From: Novakomyces olei
Lineage: Eukaryota
DNA length: 64,000 nucleotides
Direction: 5' to 3'
Assembly: GCA_016906335.1 (NCBI GenBank)
Contig: JADEYG010000001.1
Coordinates: 1 to 64,000 of the forward strand
This document shows, one piece after another, positions 56,933-64,000 of this stretch (position 1 is the stretch's first letter; every line of letters begins with the position of its first letter). Both the position numbers and the translations under genes were made by a program. The notes under the pieces were generated by a model. The model searched no databases, had not been told where the DNA came from, and saw only the letters and a list, made by a program, of their open reading frames with translations.

Positions 56933-58003
56933 ATGGCAACGGCAGAGGCGTCTATAGAGGCGCCGACTGACGCGCCTGCGCTAGACGATGTAAGATGATA
57001 AATCCAGCTTTTAAAATCTGTGCTCTTCGGCCTTTATGCTAACGCGTTCAAGTTCTCGTTTGACTCGTCTTTGAAAAAAAAGAAGAAGTCTACAAAGAAG
57101 GTAGCCTTCAACGATGACGAGGAGGATCTCGAAACAAACCAAAAGGCTCCGGGCGCCGACTCGGCTGCTGATGGCGGTGTAGACGAAATGACAGAGATGT
57201 TTGCAAATATGAAGAAGAAAAAATCTTCAAAGAAGCAGTCTTCTGTAAACGACGGTCAGGATCAGGAAGCACAGTCGGAAGCACAGTCGGAAGAGGAAGA
57301 AGGAGATGGAGAAGACGGCGGAAAAGCGAACGGTGAAAATGGACACGACGAGGAGGCGAGAGAAGATCTTGATTTTGCTGCTGATTTGAAAAAGAAGAAA
57401 AAGAAGAAGAAGAAGGTTGATCTGTCAGCTTTTGACCAGGAACTCGGTGAGGCCGGCGGTGACGGACAAACGGAGGAAATCGAGACTGGTGAAGAAGCCT
57501 GGCAAAAATCGGATCGTGACTATCTTTACTCTGAGCTTCTCGCCCGTTTCTACCGAATGCTTCACGATATGAACCCGCACCTTGTGGACAAGCAGGGCAA
57601 GTTCAAAATGATTCCTCCCTCCATCGGTCGGGACGGTAATAAGAAGACGGTGTTTGCCAACATCAGTGATATTGCTAAACGCATGAATCGTAAACCCGAG
57701 CACGTTATTCAGTTTTTGTTCACTGAGCTGGGAACAACGGGGTCAGTGGACGCCAGTAGCCGGCTTGTTATTCGAGGCAGATTTCAACAAAAGCAGATTG
57801 AAAACGTTTTGCGAAGGTACATTTCAGAGTATGTTTCCTGCAAGACTTGTCGGTCTTTTGAGACAGTTTTGAGCAAGGAGAATCGTTTGTACTTTTTGAA
57901 CTGCAACGCCTGTGGCAGTCGACGATCTGTGCAAAGTATCAAGGCTGGTTTCCAGGCTCAAGTCGGGAAGAGAAGGCTGATGGCAGCAAAACAAGCTACT
58001 TAA
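56933..58003 (+). CDS. SUI3: Translation initiation factor eIF2 beta (intron 56990-57052)
   Basis: Three poly-Lys boxes, [20 protein letters not shown] Zn ribbon. Confidence 0.96.
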
Positions 58004-58312
58004 TTTGCACTTGGGTCTCCTTTGTCTGATTCAAAGCTCTTGCCACGAATCATTATGGTCCGCACAGATTTACATTTTTAAGCAGTCCGTCAAGTTTGGT
58101 TGGATTCAGTCTGATAGTAAATACTGCTCATGGAAATACCCGTACCACAAATACTCTTTGATTAGAATTAGATCAGTCTTTTTCCTTGAAATTAAGGCCA
58201 ATAATGGGACACAAGTGAGATGCAGGTGTCATTACTCGTTCAGTCTGTTTGAGATAATCAATCTAAAAGCATAATCCATTAAAATGTATATACACACACA
58301 CAACCAACTACG

Positions 58313-61300
58313 TTACAAAGAAACTGGTCCTTCGAGGACGGAATTGACGAGCGTAGCAAAAGGCTTTTCCAGTTTCTTTACTTCCTCAAGAGCCGGAAAC
58401 TGCGGCTCTGTAGCTTTTCTCCTCGCCTTGGCTTTGGCCTTTTTCTGCATTACTCTCTCCACGTCTAGCGGACTTAAGTCGATCGGCTTTGAATTATTCC
58501 CCGATTCATTCGCCTCTATTGCTTCTTCTTCCACTTCCACTTCAGCTTCTTCATAATCCTCTTCTGGATCGTCGAGTCCCTGAAACTCGAGCAGATCATC
58601 AGCATCCAGTCCAAAATCTGTTCCAGTGATCGTAGAATTAGGCACAGTATCTTGGGAACTCTGTACTGATAGCCTCGTCAATTTTAAGGCCGCTTTCTTT
58701 GCAACGTATAGCTTGTGTGCCCTATGATACTCCACCAAAGCCTCCAAGTCCCGCTTGAAAGCCGCATGATCCAAGTCTGCCGCTCGAGAAACCAGACTGT
58801 CCATGTCAATTTTCTTACCGGTTCCCTCTCTCATGAAATTAATAATTTCCTCGACCCATTCAATAAGCGAGGCAAAAAGGCCGCCGTCGTTCCTATGCAC
58901 TTCGTGGGCAAACCTCCAAAACGAATTTTGATGGCGAATTGTCAAATCTACAAACGCCTGGACAAGCTCATCAGCTGACGATAGTAGCACTAAATGTTAA
59001 AATCTTGTAGAATAGACTAAAATTGTGGGGGAAAATAGATATAAAATAAAAACCATATATATAAATATATATAATATCACGTTTGTAGATTAAAATGTTT
59101 GCTAACATAGAGAATTTTAAAGCTCGAATTGAACAATAGTGGCATATATATGACCAAAATCCCGAAAAAAAAAACAAATATTCATCAACGATGCTGACGG
59201 CTCCTTACTTTTCTTCTCTGAATCTTCAACGACCCGTATCAAATCGTCCACAAAAGCCGATAAATCCGAAATACTACTTTTAGCTCAATCCCAAAAAAAC
59301 ACTTTTTACCAGTCGTGAATATTGGCTGCGCGATAGACTTTGGCCAAGGGCTCAAAGAAGACCGTTACAAGATCTTTCATAAGAGCTCCAGTGGTACCCT
59401 TTTTATGTTAGACTGCTTTTAGAATGATATCTTGTATTTATATATCCCGATTATTTTGTCTTTCCGAACAATTTGTTTTTCGTAAAATTATTCTTTAATC
59501 TCTCGAGCTTGTTTCTCTTGTGCTCTTTCATTTCTCCTTCGTTTTCTCCTGCTTTAAATTAATTCCTACCTCAAAAACAAGATTTAGAAATTGCTGCTTA
59601 TCTCGCCGACGCGTATAAAGACGAACAAGTTGCGATAGATAGGCAAACAGCTTAGCTTCACCATCGAAGCTCAAATCATTCTCAATCGCATTTGTCCAGG
59701 CGATACAGGACATGAAAGGGTCAGCCAGCTCGCCCTCCTCTAAACCAGGTTCAAACATTTGTGATCGTAGAATAGCAATGACAATATGAATTTCATCGAT
59801 GGCAGCTTCCTGGTAAACAAGATCTTTCACATCGGAATCAGCTTCAATAAAAGCCCGAATCTTTTGTGCATATTTAGGGTTAGGCAGCTCGTTTTCCACA
59901 ATTTGAATAGTGCGGTTTATCTCATTCAAATCTTCTGAAAGACCCACACTGAAAAGGCGTTGCATTAAGCTTCGCGAGCCGAATGGCTGCGCCAGAAAAA
60001 TATCCAATATACCCTTCATCATCGTCATTGGATTTGATAAGCGCATTGTTAGCTTTAAAATTCCGTATGGAATAAGACCATGTACCCGTTTGAGCTGAGC
60101 AAGATTCTCAGAAGAATTATCCTGAGCAACAAAGAGATGGTAAATGGTTGAAGCAATTCTAGAATTTTAGTCTGTACAACTCAAAATATTTTCTCTTACT
60201 GGATGCGGGCCCATTCAATGACTTTCTGATACTCGGGCGGAAGAGATTCCACAGTTGATTTTTCGCGGATAACGCGAAACAGGCGGGAAAGTCCGTCTTC
60301 AATAAGACGTCAGTTTAACAAAAAAAACCAAAAAAACCAAAAAAATAAAGAATTATTAATGAGCATAGAACGATTATATACAACGTGTATAATTGTATTA
60401 ATCATACCCTTGCGCATTATTTCGTGACGAAAATATCGCATATGCTTGTCTAGATCCTTTGACCGGCTTTTCGCTATTTCATTAAACCTTATTTGGTCTT
60501 CGGCCCGCCTGTTATCCAATTCAAGGCGAAGTGCCTCGTCAGCCAGCTCTTCATCACTGAATTCACAAGTATTGGTGAACAAAAACTTTGTGAGAGCGCG
60601 AGAGACGAGCACGTCTGAATCCATACACAACGTCTGCAAATAGCCGCGTAAAGTGAGCCGATTACGTTCCCGAGGAAACGCTAAGGGGCCATTATTGCTG
60701 TCTGCGTCTGTTGCAGCAATGGAGCTTTGAGAAGAGGCGCTGCTTAATCCATTGGTGTTTGCTACGACGAATGACTTATCCTTGCGCGGAAGATAAGGTA
60801 GGTCTTTGCCCGCTAATTCATGGCGCAGCTGGAAGATTTAGTAAAGGCGCTGTACAATTTAAAACGAGAAAAGTCTCGGAAATTGAATATAGGTAAGAAA
60901 GAGATTGTAATAAGATGATCCAGAAATCTTGGTATCAAACGAAATATTGAAAAATATTGATTAATAGTGAACGATTAATAATATCATGATTGATTTGAAG
61001 TGCGAGTACCGCAAATTTAAATTTTAACACAAAACACGTAAAACATGAGAGGAACAAAGACATTGAATAGCATGAAATAAATCATCAGTGCAAACAAGTC
61101 TAATGCCAAGATGAAGAGGTAGAGATGTTGTACTAGTAACAAAATTCAACACTTACGTCCTTGTGAAGCTGCGCAAACTGTGTGTAACGGCGGGCAACGC
61201 ATACGTCGGGCTCCCCTGGGCGGCATGTCCTGATCAAGAAATCCTATTTGCATTAGACCAAACAAACGATATAAAATATTTAAAATTCTAAAACAGAACA

Positions 61301-61926
61301 GAACGGCTCTCAGCCAGTATGTAAACGAAATTTATAATCTCCATTCACAAGAATGGGAAACTTACAACATGTACCGCGTTCCGGAAGTTGCCACGGCTAT
61401 GGCTTATTCTCACAGAGGCCACATTAATAAAAACCCCGTTTAAAGTAAGGGGACGATTCACTGCTGCTCTCATGTGCTCATCTACAGTCTTGTCAATAAC
61501 TTCGCGATCAGCCGTAGTCAGACGAATACTGGATTCGCCGGGAAGAGCCTTCAGGCCAGAGTTCATTAGCAGTGCAATCATCTTGCGTAATTGCAGTAGT
61601 GCTTTATCGCGCTTTGTGATATCTTCCACATCCTCGTTACTTCGAGAAATTTCCTTGGCTTGAAACGAGCGTAAAAAGTCTTGGATTTTGACGCGCCAAA
61701 ACATTACAGGATCTGTAGCCGCAAGAAAGGGAAAAGTTACCATGAATCGTTGGAAAAAGAATCGTAATAGCGTCAAGTCCTGCGAATTCGAAAGTTCACT
61801 TTCTTTCTCCGAAAAAGGGTAGCCCAGTTTTTGAAGAGCATCTAGATCCGTTAGCCGGCCAAACTCAGACTCCAGCTGCCGCCGAAGCAGCTCCTTTTTG
61901 AGATAATGCCTTTCGACATCGTCCAT
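58313..61926 (-). CDS. PX-domain protein (YPR097W/DUF3818-like), multi-exon
   Basis: HYLKKELL, FPFL, VARRY..F..LH, FPRER.R.TLR.YL, DIFLAQPFG.RSLMQR, FWRFAHEVH. Confidence 0.85.
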
Positions 61927-62877
61927 GCCGGAACTTTCACGAGGACTTTTCGTGTCAACGCAGTTATTTCGGCTGTTTGATACGTTTGGATTATTCCACT
62001 TTTGAGCGTAACGCGTTTTCGTCAGGCGACGAGTCACTTTATGGCTTTCTTTTCTGCGCAATTAAATTCGTGTCCCAACGAGACTGAAGCAACGCACAGA
62101 CAACGGCTGATAAGGCCACTGATCCGCTTAAACTCACAGCGAAATTTGGCGAGGCTTCGTGTTAGATCGGCTTGGTATGGCTGGTCACGTAATAAGTGGA
62201 CGTAATATCTGGAGTATGTATGTGGGAGACTCTAGATCTCCAGAGTAAAATATCCATTATATGAAATTGACACAAGTTTCACAGATCTATACTGTCTAAA
62301 TACCTGAAGCTTTATTGACCTCCACAACTTTTACACTGAAATGAACGACTTTTCTACGATTTTACTGTCTTCGTCTTTTTGATTGACGGCAGCAGACTGC
62401 CTGGACTGGCTGGTCCAACTAATAATATCCCGAGTTTAATATATGAGATAATTGGACAGTGTTGCACGTAAATAAGCACTATGCAAATTATATAAATTAA
62501 TTTAGACGATCGAGTTTAGCAGATGATTCGTCGAGTCGCACAGCCAAATCTTTAAAAATTCTATGGCTGCAGAGGGCTGCAAGAAAATATTTTAGCAAAA
62601 GCATGCAGCCTTTACTCTATAAATTGCAACAAACTCGTTACCATTAATACCGATGATCTCTCCTTGACGTCGTAAACTGTTCATGACACCTGAGAGTCCC
62701 ATATTATAACGCGCCACGTGACCACGGCTTTTATCATTTATACTGGTCCATTTAGGTTTGACACAGATTTTGCGTTTTAATGCATTTATTTTATCAGATA
62801 GATAATATTGGTATAATGTGCATTTTAATATAAAATATATCACACGTTTAATACAGTAGCACCAGCACTCATGAAGA

Positions 62878-64000
62878 ATGCTGCTTCCACGCTGGCGGCT
62901 ATGCCGCCCACATATCCAGCGGCATCAGTACTCAACAATTCAGCGCATACTCTTTTTCGGATCAGACGAGTTTTCTCTTCCTTCGCTTGAGCGATTAAAA
63001 GCAATGCAGAACGAACAGAAAATATCTAAACTCGAGGTTGTCTGTAAACGCGACAAGCGGTCCGGTCGGGGATACTCTGAGATTTCGCGAGGTATGCCGT
63101 GAAACAAATTCTAATTATATCGTATTCTGTTTTGGTTCTGCCATAATCTACATTGGCTCTTTTTCATCCCTGTTCCTTTTCTTTTTTCCCCCTTTTACCT
63201 GATTTAATTTAATTTAAATTAATTCAATTCAATTTGATTCAATTTGATTTGATTTGATTTGATTTGATTTGATTTGATTTGATTTGATTTGATTTGATTT
63301 GATTTGATTTGATTTGATTTGATTTGATTTGATTTGATTTGATTTGATTTGATTTGATTTGATTTGATTTGATTTGATTTGATTTGATTTGATTTGATTT
63401 GATTTGATTTGATTTGATTTGATTTGATTTGATTTGATTTGATTTGATTCAATTTGATTCAATTTGATTTGATTTGATTTGATTTGATTCGGGATATAGA
63501 GAACGATTGATTTATTTCTTTTAAACAGTCCCGTTTTGCTAAATTCTAGTACCTGTTAAATCTTATTGTTTAAAGCACAATCTCCCGTATTACGATTACG
63601 ACGAGCGCGAAGGTTTGAATGTAAAAGGGGAATACGACGTTGGGATCGCAGTCTCCTTTGGGAGCAAAGTGCCTCCCTCTGTATTGCAGCACTTTGTGCA
63701 TGGCGGTATTAACGTGCATCCTAGCCTTTTACCCCAATATCGGGGCCCTGCGCCGCTGCACTGGGCGATTCTGGACGGTGTCGACCGGACGGGAGTCACT
63801 GTACAAACTCTTCACCCTACTGAATTTGATAAAGGCGCTATTCTAGCACAGTCGGAAAGGTATTTGCCACCCAACGTAACCTTTCCCGAGTTGCGTGACA
63901 CACTGGCCAAAGATGGGGCAGAATTATTACAAAATGTCTTGGAAAAAGACAACCTTTCCTACTCTGAGCCCTCAATTTTCCAGGCAGCAGATGTACGGTA
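62878..64000 (+). CDS. FMT1: Mitochondrial methionyl-tRNA formyltransferase (intron 63092-63549; runs off the window)
   Basis: ILFFGSDEFS; VSFG; INVHPSLLPQYRGPAPL; TGVTVQTL..FDKG. Confidence 0.93.
63237..63489. repeat. (GATTT)n microsatellite, about 50 units, inside the FMT1 intron
   Basis: Direct read. Confidence 0.95.

Noticed and set aside
63219-63462. NQIKS-repeat ORFs
   Set aside because: Translation of the intronic pentamer repeat.

Overview
This is the left end of a fungal (ascomycete-like) chromosome. Bases 1-172 are a 10-bp telomere array (G-strand TTAGTTAGGG, with TTAGTCAGGG variants). About 20 kb of subtelomere follows, built from nested mobile DNA. It holds two paralogues of a telomere-linked-helicase-type N-terminal protein; the longer one has a tyrosine-recombinase-like R-K-R-H-Y motif set and runs into the telomere. 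A repeated terminus module (palindrome arrays, co-varying inverted repeats, ending GAATAT[A/G]T[A/C]TAG) sits exactly where neighbouring genes are cut. Four stacked Ty3/gypsy LTR elements lie between these modules. The youngest (8785-15318; apparently identical 389-bp LTRs, TACAA target duplication, probable self-priming) carries an extra C2H2-finger plus JmjC gene between pol and the 3' LTR. This is the best candidate for an undescribed system: a retrotransposon-borne chromatin or anti-silencing factor. Inward lie an orphan membrane protein, a 5-exon HNH nuclease missed by the ORF track, and a catabolic cluster sharing an ATCCCAC promoter motif. Further in are bacterial-looking SDR and GH128 genes, a GH81 glucanase, and core genes (CWC22, sirtuin, eIF2-beta, PX protein, FMT1). 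All calls are by eye; no searches were run.
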